A stretch of 64,000 nucleotides of DNA from a virus (IMGVR_UViG_3300028805_000051:107394-171393), one strand, 5' to 3'. Shown: positions 35,809-47,312, counted from the stretch's first letter. A program made the numbers and translations. Notes: a model not told the origin generated them from the sequence alone.

Positions 35809-36231
35809 ATGAACCAGAACACAGTAAAGACGATACGCTTGGCCGTGGCGTATGAAAATGAATACGGTCGCATTCTCTGGAATAGAGAATGGCGAATTTT
35901 CACTGTTGAAATTGATGGTGAAACTGAAGAAGAACGCAAAGATAATATCAAGCAACTTCTGGAGATTCTTCATGGAGAAATCCATGACTTCAGCCAGATA
36001 GTGTATGGCGACTTTGAGAATGAGCAGGCTCGTGATGCTTTTACTAAGCGTTATGAAGTAGAGCTCTTTATGTCTGACCCAGACACCCATATCGTTATGG
36101 ATCAGGGTGAATGGAATGCACAAAAAGTTGCTATGAGGGAAATGGCTGAACAAATGTTAAAGGATGTTCTAAAAGATCATCCGGAGATGATCAACCATAT
36201 TCCTCCAGAACTACGCCACCGCTTTAAATAA
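35809..36231 (+). CDS. hypothetical protein with GC-richer codons
   Basis: ORF track entry. Confidence 0.5.
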   Translation: MNQNTVKTIRLAVAYENEYGRILWNREWRIFTVEIDGETEEERKDNIKQLLEILHGEIHDFSQIVYGDFENEQARDAFTKRYEVELFMSDPDTHIVMDQGEWNAQKVAMREMAEQMLKDVLKDHPEMINHIPPELRHRFK

Positions 36232-36248
36232 TGTTGTTTTTAAGTGGA

Positions 36249-36328
36249 TGCTTTATCAGGTTAGAGAATCGCCCGTGCCTTTGTTTGCGTAAGTACGGAA
36301 GTCGTTGGTTCGAGTCCAACTAAAGCTC
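36249..36328 (+). tRNA. tRNA-like gene, about 7 nt over-length (possible small insertion); identity unresolved
   Basis: Acceptor tgcttta pairs with taaagct; T-arm is gttgg ttcgagt ccaac. Confidence 0.3.
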
Positions 36329-36354
36329 AATAAAAAATTTAAAAATGAAAAAAC

Positions 36355-36549
36355 ATGAAAGCAAAGATTTTTTGTTACATATTCAGTTTCTTAGGTATAC
36401 TGAGTATGTTTGGTATCACTGCGGAGAATGCTCCTATTTGGTGGTATATCATCTGTTTGTGTGTAACATTTTTGTGTATCATATTGGTGCATGAAATTAA
36501 TCCTAATTTCTTTCTTGAAAAAGATAGAAACGGAAATGTAATAGAGTAA
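36355..36549 (+). CDS. small membrane protein
   Basis: ORF track entry; two hydrophobic helices. Confidence 0.35.
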   Translation: MKAKIFCYIFSFLGILSMFGITAENAPIWWYIICLCVTFLCIILVHEINPNFFLEKDRNGNVIE

Positions 36550-36786
36550 AAGTGTAAACTGTGTTCATTAAGGGCTATATGATTACAGTTTTTTGCGGTT
36601 TTGTTCATTGGCCCATTTCCACATTACCGTAGAGAATATGTAGTGTGGGAACTAATTAGTTTAGCTTGTTTATAGTAAGTGAATAATAGTAACTGAAGTC
36701 TTTAAAACAAGACTGGTAAGTGATAAACCAGAATACAAGAATCACATTTTTCTAGGATAATTTAGTGACCTAGCACAAATTAAATT

Positions 36787-37029
36787 ATGGGTAAGAAAAA
36801 TCATCCCAACACTAAAGATTATGTGTTCACTCATGAGACTTCTCCTGAAATTGTGCCTGCTGGAAAACGTATTTTCATAAAGGGCAATAAACATGGCCAG
36901 ATTGAGGATGTAAATCCTCGAGAAGTTGCCGGTATTAATCTCTTTACCAAATACTATCATCGTGATCAGCGTATATACGTTGATCAGTATGTGGCCGAAG
37001 TTTCACGCCTCTGGAGAAAGGAGGCCTAA
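36787..37029 (+). CDS. small hypothetical protein
   Basis: ORF track entry. Confidence 0.4.
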   Translation: MGKKNHPNTKDYVFTHETSPEIVPAGKRIFIKGNKHGQIEDVNPREVAGINLFTKYYHRDQRIYVDQYVAEVSRLWRKEA

Positions 37030-37458
37030 ATGACAAAAGGTATAACTCCTGAACAGTTTGCCTATCGTATAAATACGTTAAAAGGGCAAACTTCTGCTAC
37101 AATCATCTATGACAAAAAACATGTCATAGAACTCCTTAAAAAGTTTGATCTTCCCTCTAATAACAATTACTTTCGAAAGTACATTGATTATGGTATGATT
37201 GTAAGAATCAAACCTGGGGAATTCAAATTCCCTGCAGCTCCTGTGCATATTTCCAAAATTGTCAATGCTCTTACTGAATTGAGAGAAAAAAGTAGAGAAT
37301 ATGCTGCTAAATCTAATGCTAAGAAACATGGATTTCTGGAAGAAGTTAAGGAGGAAAATGAAGTTCAACCTATCGAAGAACCCAATGATGAGGATAAAAT
37401 TGCAAGATGCATTGATTTTCTCAAATCAAAGGGATTTCTGATTCTCCGTCAAGTTTAA
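37030..37458 (+). CDS. hypothetical protein
   Basis: ORF track entry. Confidence 0.45.
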   Translation: MTKGITPEQFAYRINTLKGQTSATIIYDKKHVIELLKKFDLPSNNNYFRKYIDYGMIVRIKPGEFKFPAAPVHISKIVNALTELREKSREYAAKSNAKKHGFLEEVKEENEVQPIEEPNDEDKIARCIDFLKSKGFLILRQV

Positions 37459-38631
37459 TAATGAGCACAATTTTGCAATTAACTAAAAATTTCAATATTT
37501 CTTGGAAAATTGTAAAATTGTGCTTATTATATAAAACATGAATGTAAAAAATATTTTAAGTCAATTATACTAATATCTGAGGATTTTGTATAACATAAAT
37601 TGACTTGAAATCAGCCCAGTGCCTGCGGTGACTGGGGTTTGTACCGTTACCTGAGGTACACTCATTAAACTGGAGCTCTCTCGACGTCCAGATATAGGAG
37701 TAGTGATATTCGAGAGTGAGTACTATATAGGAAGAAGTCCACAGCTCTATATGGTTACAATGAGACCTTTCAGTAATGTTTAGGATTGTTGCTGGGAATA
37801 TACTTAGATAATAGCTAAGAAAGTAGGTGCGAATCCTACAGATGCCGTGGTGGTGGAATGGTAGACACGAGGGACTTTAAAGATTTACAAATGAGAGTGC
37901 TATGGCGAGAAATCCCATAGTAGAAGCACCCTAATTCGGTGAAAATCCTTTTTATAAACGTTAATGTGAGTAATTACAGTTTTGCTATCGTAGCAAAAGG
38001 GCGAATGAACTGAAAGAATAATTCGTAAAGCCTAACCCTACTTAGGGAGTAAGCTTCGAAACTTACTAAAACAGAAAGCATAGAGCTAAAAACGTTTAAC
38101 ACTAATCAATAATTGTGTAAGGATAACGCCGAGCTAAAATGAGATAATGATAGCGGAGACTAGGCAGCTATTAATAAGTTATTATTGCAATTTCTTATCG
38201 ATATTATCTCATAAATGTGTAGAGAACATAAAGGTGCAGCCTAAGTTGAAATTGTTTCTACTTGAAAATCTTGTTGATATGTACAGAACGAGAAAGTAAT
38301 ATTTCCCTTTAAAAGAGTAAAGTAAGAACACTTGCAAGAATTTCAATATGGTTAAGACATGTTCCAGACTACAAACAATGGATTCTAAACTGATTTTGGA
38401 AGGAAAGACAACTACCTCCTTATATATCAGTGGACGAGATAAGATTGTAACTTGTCATGAAATTGTGCTATGGTAACATAGTGTAGTAGGAAAATCCCTT
38501 GGACTTAGTCCGTGTGGGTTCAAGTCCCACCCGCGGTACAAAATTGCTGGATTACTGACCTGCCAGTCGGCAAGCATGGCAATTTGGACGACAAATAAAT
38601 CAATTGGCAGATTGAAATGTTTGTTGATAAA

Positions 38632-38720
38632 AACGTTATTGGTGTAATAAGGTAGCACACTGGCCCTGCTGTAGATTATACAGAGGGCCGGGGGTATTGG
38701 TTCGAGTCCAATTAACGTTC
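38632..38720 (+). ncRNA. tRNA-like RNA: 7-bp acceptor stem and T-arm, but a long 12-bp hairpin in place of a normal anticodon arm
   Basis: AACGTTA pairs with TAACGTT; T-arm attgg ttcgagt ccaat; internal hairpin GGCCCTGCTGTA-GATTA-TACAGAGGGCC. Confidence 0.35.
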
Positions 38721-38803
38721 AAAGATTGTTGTATAATACCACAAAAAATCTAGTTAATTTCTTTACTTTCATGTTTTAGATATTTTTAGTGGGACAACAT
38801 GTA

Positions 38804-38856
38804 TTCCTAGTTTGATTGTTGGAAGGCAGATACAGGTTCGACCCCTGTCTAGGAAT
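38804..38856 (+). ncRNA. mini tRNA-like element (acceptor stem plus T-arm only)
   Basis: ttcctag...ctaggaa acceptor pairing; T-arm acagg ttcgacc cctgt. Confidence 0.3.
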
Positions 38857-38882
38857 CAATTACTAACCAAAAAATTAAGGTT

Positions 38883-39551
38883 ATGGAACTTTTAAAAAAA
38901 CTATCCAAAGTAATTGGTATATTTTTATTAGGAGTAATTATTGCAGTAATTGTTTTTATGGGCTTAAAAGTTTGTAATAAGATTATTCATAATAAAAGTA
39001 AAATCAATTATGTTGAGTTAGCTCAATTAAAACAAGCAGAGCTTAAGTATTGGGAAACAAAAGCTGAACTTACTGAAGAAGTAGATGCTTATATTCATAA
39101 AGTAGCTCCAACATCAGCATTAAGTGCAGTTATCTTAGTAGACAAATGTGAAGAATATGGTGTTGATATTAAATTCGTGCTAGCACAAGGATACCAAGAA
39201 TCACATTTTGGAACAAGAGGACTTGGTGCTAAAATTAATAGTCCATGGAATGTAGGTGTTTACGATGGTATGACATATGCTGACATACACAAAAAACACA
39301 TATTCGACAATCCGAACGAAAGCATCGATAGATATCTTGAATTATTAACTACTAAGTATTTAACAACAAAGAAAACTGAATTAGATTTGTTGAACAGTTT
39401 TGTTAGTGTAGATGGTAAACGCTACGCAAGTAGCACTACATATGAATCTTCATTAAAGTATAAATATGAAGATATCTCTAAAACTACAAAAATTGATTCC
39501 CTTCAACAAGTCTTAAGGTATTGGACTATTCAGTCTAATAGAGAGTACTGA
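38883..39551 (+). CDS. membrane-anchored glucosaminidase-family peptidoglycan hydrolase
   Basis: N-terminal transmembrane segment; motif LAQGYQESHFGTRG resembles the glucosaminidase/FlgJ motif. Confidence 0.5.
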   Translation: MELLKKLSKVIGIFLLGVIIAVIVFMGLKVCNKIIHNKSKINYVELAQLKQAELKYWETKAELTEEVDAYIHKVAPTSALSAVILVDKCEEYGVDIKFVLAQGYQESHFGTRGLGAKINSPWNVGVYDGMTYADIHKKHIFDNPNESIDRYLELLTTKYLTTKKTELDLLNSFVSVDGKRYASSTTYESSLKYKYEDISKTTKIDSLQQVLRYWTIQSNREY

Positions 39552-40191
39552 TCACACTCTCAAGCATGCATAGTTTAAGAATGAAAACGTCTTTGGATGA
39601 TGTTAAGGTGGAATTCCTTAGCTGCATGTTATACAGATTTACTTGAGTTATTCTGTATAAACAAAACTCTTGAAATCTAGGTTGACTTCAAAAATGTAAT
39701 TTCGCGAATCCTAGTGTATTTCTCTATTAATTCTATGGATCATTCCAGTATAGAGAAAGATGCCTTCTTACTTGATTCTGGCTTTAGAATGAGAATCTTG
39801 AAACCTATTCTTGCGAGGAGAATAGTGTAGAACCTTAGTTTAAGTAGAAAAACCATATGATTTGAGGTGCAAGTCCTCTTAGGTTCTCTAACATCTAATA
39901 ATAGTAGTGAAGATGTGAAGGCTACTCAATCCTTTAAGTGAGAGCGCGTAACTACGGATAGTCAAAGTAGTTCCTAGGGAGTTTAAACTGATCTTCCTGA
40001 GGTGAATGGCAAATGGATAGTGCTACTACACAACTCCTAGAAAGTTTTTATAAGTTACAATCATAAACAAAATTTATGCTGTAGTTGAACAGAAAATGTA
40101 GGGATTCAACACCTCGGTGCACTGAGGAGAAGGGTTCTGTAGGTAACAGAAGTAAGGCGAGTGCAACTCCACCCTGTGTAACTTATATTTT

Positions 40192-40264
40192 GGACTGGTA
40201 GCTCAGTTGGTAGAGCACTGCACTGAAGATGCAGGTGTCAGTGGTTCGATTCCATTCCTGTCCA
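40192..40264 (+). tRNA. tRNA-Phe(GAA)
   Basis: Cloverleaf with anticodon loop CTGAAGA. Confidence 0.85.
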
Positions 40265-40272
40265 CAAATTAA

Positions 40273-40358
40273 AGGCGCGTGGTGTAATTGGTTAGCATAC
40301 GGCACTGTCACTGCCGCGGGAGCGTAAGCCATTGCGGGTTCGAATCCCGTCGTGCCTG
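40273..40358 (+). tRNA. tRNA with anticodon GUC (Asp) carrying a 17-nt variable region
   Basis: Anticodon arm cggca ctgtcac tgccg; T-arm gcggg ttcgaat cccgt; 86 nt. Confidence 0.55.
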
Positions 40359-40423
40359 CAAAGTGTTTTATATTGTTATTGGAGATAGGTAATGTATAAA
40401 AATTTTAAAACTAACAAAAAATT

Positions 40424-41113
40424 ATGAAGAAATTTACAAGTATTTTTATGGTTTTTGCATTAGCACTTTGTATGGTGTTTAGTGCATGTAATGGCTGCAG
40501 TCAGAAAAATGACTCTGCTAATGATTGTACTTATCCTGTTGCAGGATTAAATGTTGAGCGTGTCACTGCTACTGATTTTGAGTATATGACTGCTAACTAT
40601 GGCAATGACTATCGTTGGTATGAATGCTGCATTGATGCTAAAGATTGGATTGATGAAAGCGATACATTCTATGTCAATGGTATTGCCAATGTATTCTACA
40701 AAGTGTATCTCAATGAAGATAGCACATCTGGTACTGCCAAAGTGTATTTACTTACACATGCTGGTGATGCATTTACTATTGACTCAACAGAAGGTATTTG
40801 GGTTGGGGATGAACCTATGAATGATTATAACCCCATGACCATTGACTTCGCTCACGCTTATGATGCTATGATGATAACTAACTGTATAAAACCTCATAGT
40901 CGTCATTGTGTTCTTCGCAAGGAACTTGGTCCTCTCGATGCTGCTCCACAATATATCTTCGGTAACCAAGATTGCCAGGTTTATGTAGATGCTAAAACTG
41001 GTAAAGTAAATCTTGACAATCCTGTGTTTCCTGTAGATGCTAATGAGATTCCTGCAGATCGTTCCGAGAACGATAGCACACTCAAGAAACTTAACTACGT
41101 CTTCAATTGGTAA
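40424..41113 (+). CDS. lipoprotein
   Basis: Signal peptide with an FSAC lipobox. Confidence 0.5.
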   Translation: MKKFTSIFMVFALALCMVFSACNGCSQKNDSANDCTYPVAGLNVERVTATDFEYMTANYGNDYRWYECCIDAKDWIDESDTFYVNGIANVFYKVYLNEDSTSGTAKVYLLTHAGDAFTIDSTEGIWVGDEPMNDYNPMTIDFAHAYDAMMITNCIKPHSRHCVLRKELGPLDAAPQYIFGNQDCQVYVDAKTGKVNLDNPVFPVDANEIPADRSENDSTLKKLNYVFNW

Positions 41114-41233
41114 TTTTATAATTCTTCTAGCATTAAAGAATATATGTGGCTGCATCAAGTACAAGTGCCACACCTCGCTTAAGGAGGTTAATGAGTTCCC
41201 TAACTTATTTATAAAATAGACAGTAGGGACGAT

Positions 41234-41310
41234 CGGTACGTGTGCCCACTCGGGTTGGGAACTGGACTGTCACTCCAGTAAAATAGAGGGTTCGAATCCC
41301 TCCGTATCGG
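41234..41310 (+). tRNA. tRNA-Asp(GUC)
   Basis: Anticodon arm ctgga ctgtcac tccag; T-arm gaggg ttcgaat ccctc. Confidence 0.75.
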
Positions 41311-41331
41311 CTAATTTTACTATTAATACTT

Positions 41332-41417
41332 GTACCGCAGGCAGAGTTGGCTAATGCACCGGACTTTTAATCCGGAATCTCAATAGAGATAGCCGGGTTC
41401 GAATCCCGGGCGGTACA
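41332..41417 (+). tRNA. tRNA with anticodon UUU (Lys) carrying a 17-nt variable-arm hairpin
   Basis: Anticodon arm ccgga cttttaa tccgg; variable region aatctcaatagagatag; T-arm ccggg ttcgaat cccgg. Confidence 0.6.
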
Positions 41418-41517
41418 CAAGTTATCTTTTTCTATTTAAACCATAAATAATTTTGAATATTGAATAATTCGAGTTATTATTAAATAACTTGAGGTTCAAA
41501 ATTTAAAATTATTTATT

Positions 41518-42111
41518 ATGTCTAAATGGGATTCTGAAAAAGAAAATTTGAGAAAAGCAATAGAAGAAGATAAGATAAGTTATGAAGAATTAGGTAGAAG
41601 ATATGGTTGTTCTGGAGCAAATATTAAAAAAGTTGCTATAAGACTTGGAATTAGTATTGAAACTCGGAGAAAAGTAAATGAAAGTGAACACTTTAATAAA
41701 GGGACTGGAATAAAAAGGTATTGTCTAAATTGTGGTGCAGAATTAAAAAGATCTGCTAAAAAATATTGCTCTTTTGATTGTGAACATGCTTATCTTCAAA
41801 AAGAATGGGAAGAAAAGTATAAAACAGACAATAGTATAGCAAAAACAAATAGTTGGGGACAAATACCAGCAGCATTAAGAACATATATATTTAAAAAATA
41901 TGAATATAAATGTTGTCAATGTGGGTGGTCAGAAATAAATCCTTATACTAATACAATTCCTTTAGAAATTGACCATATTAATGGTAATTCTAATGATAAT
42001 TCTGAAGAGAATTTAAGATTACTTTGTCCTAATTGTCATTCCTTAACATCTACTTATAGAGGTGCTAATAGAGGTAATGGTAGAAATATTACTTGGATAA
42101 TAAAATCTTAA
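41518..42111 (+). mobile_element. HNH homing-endonuclease gene
   Basis: C-terminal segment CPNCHSLTSTYRGANRGNGRN plus Cys pairs; sits within the tRNA island. Confidence 0.6.
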
Positions 42112-42122
42112 AGATAATTTTA

Positions 42123-42169
42123 CTCCTATAGTTTAGTGGTAAAGCGTGGGTTCGAATCCCACCGGATAC
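42123..42169 (+). ncRNA. tRNA-like fragment (D-arm-like plus T-arm; no anticodon arm)
   Basis: tagtttagtggtaaag then tggg ttcgaat ccca. Confidence 0.25.
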
Positions 42170-42181
42170 ACAAATCTATTT

Positions 42182-42321
42182 GCTCCTATAGCTCAATTGG
42201 TTAGAGCACTTGACTGTATACTGGGTAGTTCCAGAGAGAGACTTAATTCAAGGATATGTTAGAAGTGATTTTAACATATTCACTAATCAAGGGGTTCTAG
42301 GTTCAAGTCCTAGTGGGAGCG
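42182..42321 (+). tRNA. tRNA gene interrupted by an insertion of about 66 nt in or next to the anticodon loop, or an oversize variable arm
   Basis: Canonical acceptor gctccta/tgggagc, D-arm gctc aattggtta gagc and T-arm ctagg ttcaagt cctag. The anticodon stem cttga is followed by ctgta, and two candidate tcaag partners lie 34 and 75 nt downstream. Confidence 0.45.
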
Positions 42322-42903
42322 CACTTATTCGGAGAATTGTATCCATTTGTTTAATTAACTGTTAGTTTATGTTAAGCCGCTAGTCGGGAGAACTCGCAGT
42401 TATCACTTGTTTGATGTACGGAAAACCAGTGCATATTCTAACAGTGAATTAAATAATGTATACGAGTCTTTTGTTTATGGACTATAAAAATAAACACGTA
42501 GTATTCTACTCTACTATGTAACTGGATGGATTTCCGGGAAAGGTTATGGCTGAGATTACCGACAACAGTTTTCTGGGTGTATCACATAACGAGTACAGCA
42601 ACTTAACTGGTGAGCAAGGTTAGGTTGTCGCTAGGCTATGACAGCGAGTAACATGAAAATACTGTAACGCAACGTAAGTATTAATTGTTAATGGCATAGA
42701 GGCTCTGAAAGAGACTTTACATGATAGTTGCTATGACTCCTGAGTTGAGCTGGAGTTAGTGTAAAGGAATTAGTATTAAGGATGTTGTAGGGCGATTATA
42801 ATTGACTACGAATCATCATACCTTATTGACTTGCATCTGTGGAGTACCTACCGAGTTTCTCAAACTATAAGGAATATGATGATTTTTTTTAAACCGCAAA
42901 ATT

Positions 42904-43161
42904 ATGAAATTATCAAGAAGACAAACAAGAGTAATTTTAGCATTTAGAAGAGCACTTCTTGGTGCTTGGTGGCTTAAAATGAAATGGAAAGATTATATAT
43001 CTTTTTATTATTATTACAAATGCTATCGATATGAATATGGTGGTGAAGGAATTTCAAGAGTTTGTTTTGAAAACTGGAAAAATCATATTCCAATTAAAAT
43101 TTCAGAAAGAAATCCATATAAATCTCGATATAAAGAATTATTTGGAGCTCCAAGTTTCTAA
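42904..43161 (+). CDS. small hypothetical protein
   Basis: ORF track entry. Confidence 0.3.
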   Translation: MKLSRRQTRVILAFRRALLGAWWLKMKWKDYISFYYYYKCYRYEYGGEGISRVCFENWKNHIPIKISERNPYKSRYKELFGAPSF

Positions 43162-43443
43162 ACATATTTAAAGGAGTATAAGGGAGAAATACTGCAAAAA
43201 ATTTTGTTCATAATTATTGGTAAAAAGTGCTAATTATTTGATTAGACTTTTAATACTTTTTTAGTCTAACTAGTAAAACCGAAAGTATTAGTATTTGTCA
43301 GCATACTTTAATCAACTGAACAGAAACTTAAATTCTCCTGATTAAAAGAACTACTTTCTGTCATATTATTTATAATAATGTAAGACGTACAGCAAAAAAT
43401 TTCATTTGTTATTCTACTCAATTACAAAAATAAAAAAGGTCTT

Positions 43444-44757
43444 ATGGAAACAAACAACTTAGAAACTCGCCGAAGTGAATTGGAAATGATTTTTAGTGAG
43501 AAATCCACTGAAAATGGCGATCGTGCTTTTGATTCTACTGGCAATAAACTTGTTGATATTCTGTTTATGTCAGAGTATTATACAAACCATTTAGATCAAG
43601 TACCTCACATTGGTGATTCTCACGTTGCTAAAATCTTCTCTATGTTCATGCGTGATCCACGATTTGGTATGGGTCGTAGAGAGTTAGGTCGCCACTTAAT
43701 GGCAGCTACAATGCTCACACCGCAGCAAATTGTGATGGCAGGTAGATATGATGATTTGTATCTTATGCCTGCTTGCACTATGGAAAATCTTCGTTTCCTT
43801 TTTAGTGAAGTAGAGAAAGGAAATGAACTTGCCAAAAAGTGGATGCCTCGTTATTCTAGCAAACATCTTGCTATTGCAAGACACTTTGCAGGTATACTTG
43901 GAATGAACAAACAACAGTATGGTCATTTCATTAAAGCAAACACTGTTGAAAATACTATGAGCCGTAAACAATGGGAATGTATTGACTTTAGTCATGTTCC
44001 TTCATTGGCTGCTATCAAATATGCTAAAGCTTTTCAAAAACATCAACCTGAAAGATATGCTCAATATATTGAGGATGTTAAAGCAGGTAAAAAAGAGCTT
44101 CATGTAGCAACAACTAATGTATACGATATCTACAAAAATCGTACTAATATTGATGCTGATGTATTCTATGGGAAGATAGAAAAGATTAATATATCTTGTA
44201 TTCCTATTATTGATACATCTGGATCAATGAATGACAATGACGCTATTGGAAAAGCACTCTCCATTGGTAAATATCTGTCTGACTGTTCTAGCTATTGTAA
44301 TGGACAATTCATTACATTTAGTCAATGTCCTCAATTGATTACTCAACGTGGAGATACATACAATGAGCAAATCAAGAATATTCTCTATGATGGTAGAAAT
44401 TGGGGAATGAACACTGATTTTGGCGCTGTAATGAGAGTACTTAGTAACCTCAAAACTGATTTCCCAGACTATCTTGTAGTGATGTCTGATATGGAATATG
44501 ACAGAGGCAGTAACTGTGAGAAAGACAAATTGATGGCAGATTGGGCTAGCAAAAGAATCAAAACTAAAATTATCTGGTGGAATTTCAATGCTCGCAACAA
44601 AACAGCTCCAGAAACTGACCAATATGGAAATGTATTCATGTCTGGTTATTCACCTATGATGTTGAAGTATATGGAAGTAGGATTTGATGCTCATCAATTC
44701 CTTCAGAAACTTCTTGGTGAATATGTTAAGAATATGGGTGTTAAATTTGAAGACTAA
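43444..44757 (+). CDS. vWA (MIDAS DxSGS) domain protein; DUF2828-like; possibly Ro60/TROVE-related
   Basis: IPIIDTSGSMNDND matches a MIDAS motif; the N-terminal 250 aa are alpha-helical. Confidence 0.55.
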   Translation: METNNLETRRSELEMIFSEKSTENGDRAFDSTGNKLVDILFMSEYYTNHLDQVPHIGDSHVAKIFSMFMRDPRFGMGRRELGRHLMAATMLTPQQIVMAGRYDDLYLMPACTMENLRFLFSEVEKGNELAKKWMPRYSSKHLAIARHFAGILGMNKQQYGHFIKANTVENTMSRKQWECIDFSHVPSLAAIKYAKAFQKHQPERYAQYIEDVKAGKKELHVATTNVYDIYKNRTNIDADVFYGKIEKINISCIPIIDTSGSMNDNDAIGKALSIGKYLSDCSSYCNGQFITFSQCPQLITQRGDTYNEQIKNILYDGRNWGMNTDFGAVMRVLSNLKTDFPDYLVVMSDMEYDRGSNCEKDKLMADWASKRIKTKIIWWNFNARNKTAPETDQYGNVFMSGYSPMMLKYMEVGFDAHQFLQKLLGEYVKNMGVKFED

Positions 44758-45172
44758 AAATATATGGAAGTCATACAGCAAATTTTTCTTGGTTAACAAA
44801 AAATTTTGTGGTAATTTTTTAAGACGGTTCAAATCCGTCAAATCTGACTTCTGAAATCCTTGACTTGGCAAAATTTAAGGAACCCGTACAGCAAAACAAT
44901 TTTTTCCTGGCTTTTAACTTGGTATTCTTTTTTGGGTTCTGATAGAGAAATTGGACTCAAACTCAGATAAAAGTCTAAAATGTGTTGGTGTCGCACAGTG
45001 AAGTAGTAGCATACACCTCTGGCCTCACAGAATAAAGAGGTCTTTGAATCTTCTGGATAAAAGATTTTCCATTGTATAGTTATGGATTACAATGCTATAC
45101 AACCTCATTCGGAAAGTTACGGGTTAAGCAGAAATGATAGCTGAGTAAAACATTTCTAGAACTTTCCATATT

Positions 45173-45244
45173 GCCTCCTTAGTTCTAATGGTAAAACGAT
45201 GCCCTTGTAAGGCATATTTGCTGGTTCGATTCCGGCAGGGGGCT
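45173..45244 (+). tRNA. tRNA-Thr(UGU)
   Basis: Anticodon loop CTTGTAA. Confidence 0.85.
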
Positions 45245-45822
45245 CTAAATGAAAACCGAGGGTTGCTTGTATAAAAACGGTTACAATGGGAGGCGCAGTA
45301 CACAAGTTTTTAATTACACCGTAGCTCAATAATGAGTAGTCTCTGTGTACATAAGGTTGCACTGTTCGAAATAGCGCGGAGCAGGTGCAAGTGTAGGTTT
45401 TTATTTTCTATATGTTAATTAATCTTTTAAAATTTTAAATATATGGCAGGTAAAACTATGTATGGAGGAAGTTCCTATGTTGGACATCTTCACAAGAAAA
45501 GAAAAGGTATTCATTCTAAGTGTAAGAGTTCTAGTAACAAGAACTCAAAGAATTACCTGAAACGGTATAGAGGACAAGGACGCACATAAGTCCTCACATC
45601 GGGCGAAAGATGTGCGTTTCATAGGTCTGGAAACGTAAATTAAAGTCCGTAGTCAAAGGGGAACGACGAAAAATAATCCTCACAGATTGAGCGAATAACC
45701 AGGAAAGAGTCCTCGTCTAGCTATTAAAAGAGAATGGTATAACTCTAAGGCCTTGAATACCATTACGCCTATGGTGCTGAACGTTCACTCAATCTTTTTT
45801 TTTTTAATTTAATTCAAAACAC

Positions 45823-46533
45823 ATGTGTATTTTAAAGAAAAAACAACCAGTTGTTGAGTAGGCTCCTGAAACTCAACCAATTGTAGAAAATCAAGAAAAA
45901 TAGGAGATTAAAGTGTTAGATACTGAGAGTCCTATAACTATTATATTAGGGACTGCTCATTTAAAAAGTACACCTGGCAAGCGTTCACCTGATGGTGCAT
46001 TTAGAGAATATAAATTCTCAAGAAATGTTTGTTTAGACATTCAAAAAACATTAACTGAACTTGGTTATAGATGTATTATTGATTATATTGATGATGATAT
46101 GGAAAATTCTAAAAAAGAGTTGGAAAATCGTTGCAGTATAGTTAATAATATATGTAAGAAGTATGGTTCAAAGAATTGTCTATATGTATCCATTCATAAT
46201 AATGCCGCAGGTAATGGTGGTGAATGGAAAAAAGCGTATGGTTGGAGTGCGTGGGTGTATAGAAACGGAAGTGAAAATTCTCGTAAATTAGCAAATTGTT
46301 TATTTGATGCCTGTAAGAAATTAGGATTAAAAACTCGACAAGAATCTCCAAATAAAAGATATTATGATTGTGGATTTTATGTATTAAAACATACAAGTTG
46401 TCCAGCAGTTCTTACTGAAAATTTCTTTTAGGATTGTTTAGAAGAATGTGATTTTCTAATGTCAGAAGCAGGTAGAAGAGCAGTAGTTGCAATTCACGTC
46501 AATGGAATATTAAATTACTTAAAAGGTATATAA
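45823..46533 (+). CDS. N-acetylmuramoyl-L-alanine amidase (Amidase_3-like endolysin) with 3 in-frame TAG
   Basis: ORF track core 45913..46431 (GTAHLKSTPGKRSPDG...YVSIHNNAAGNGGEWKKAYGWSAWVY). An in-frame ATG at 45823 adds a sensible Q/E-rich N-terminus through 2 TAGs. Reading through the terminal TAG adds 33 aa, ending at a TAA at 46531-46533. 711 nt. Confidence 0.6.
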
Positions 46534-46537
46534 TATT

Positions 46538-46816
46538 ATGTTATTCAGTAAACTTTTTAAGAAAATTAAAAATCTTCCTTATTGGAGATGTCTTACTTGT
46601 GAACATTTTTGTTGGTGGGATGGAGATTATTGTTGTGTAGATAAAATGAAAATATTAGCTGAGTCTCCTAGTGGTAGAATCACCAAAGAACGATATGATA
46701 CTTTGTATGAACGATATAAACGTTGTCGATCTTATAAAGAAAAACATTATATTTGGAATAAAAGTGGTTTATATGTTGAATTAGATAAATTGATAAAAAA
46801 GTCCTTTAATGCATAA
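46538..46816 (+). CDS. small Cys-rich protein
   Basis: ORF track entry. Confidence 0.4.
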   Translation: MLFSKLFKKIKNLPYWRCLTCEHFCWWDGDYCCVDKMKILAESPSGRITKERYDTLYERYKRCRSYKEKHYIWNKSGLYVELDKLIKKSFNA

Positions 46817-46867
46817 ATATGTCAAGTTCGAGGAGTACTGACGTTAAATATAAAACTCCTCTATTTA

Positions 46868-46941
46868 GCGAGTATCGTTCAATGGTAGGATAGAGCCCCT
46901 CCAAGGCTTAGATGTGAGTTCGATTCTCATTACTCGCTCCA
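46868..46941 (+). tRNA. tRNA-Gly(UCC); CCA encoded
   Basis: Anticodon loop CCTCCAA. Confidence 0.85.
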
Positions 46942-47071
46942 ACTCTTAGGGTTTCTTCTTGTAGTAGATTTTACAAGTTTCTTTTCTTTAGAGATTATGA
47001 AAGTCATACAGCAAACTTTTTAAAACTTTATCAAAATATGTGAATTTCAATAATCCAAAAAGAAACCCCAC

Positions 47072-47278
47072 TTGACTTTTGAAAACTTTTTAACAATGAG
47101 TGATACAATAAAACACAAAGATTTAGGTAAACGTAAACGTTTACACAAAACATCTTTCATTGCAGAAAAAATGATGAATCGTAAATGCGGTTCTATTGAT
47201 GACAAAGTTGATAAACTTGAAGCTCTTAGAAAAGCTGAAAAAGAAGTAATGAAAGAAGTTGAAGAACTATTAAGTTGA
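47072..47278 (+). CDS. small basic protein
   Basis: ORF track entry. Confidence 0.35.
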   Translation: MTFENFLTMSDTIKHKDLGKRKRLHKTSFIAEKMMNRKCGSIDDKVDKLEALRKAEKEVMKEVEELLS

Positions 47279-47312
47279 AATTTATATAACTAGCTAGAAT
47301 TTCAACTTTTTT

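Noticed and set aside
45300-45385. tRNA-like sequence with a D-arm-like GTAGCTCAAT and a terminal GGTGCAA
   Set aside because: No T-arm or complementary acceptor strand could be drawn.
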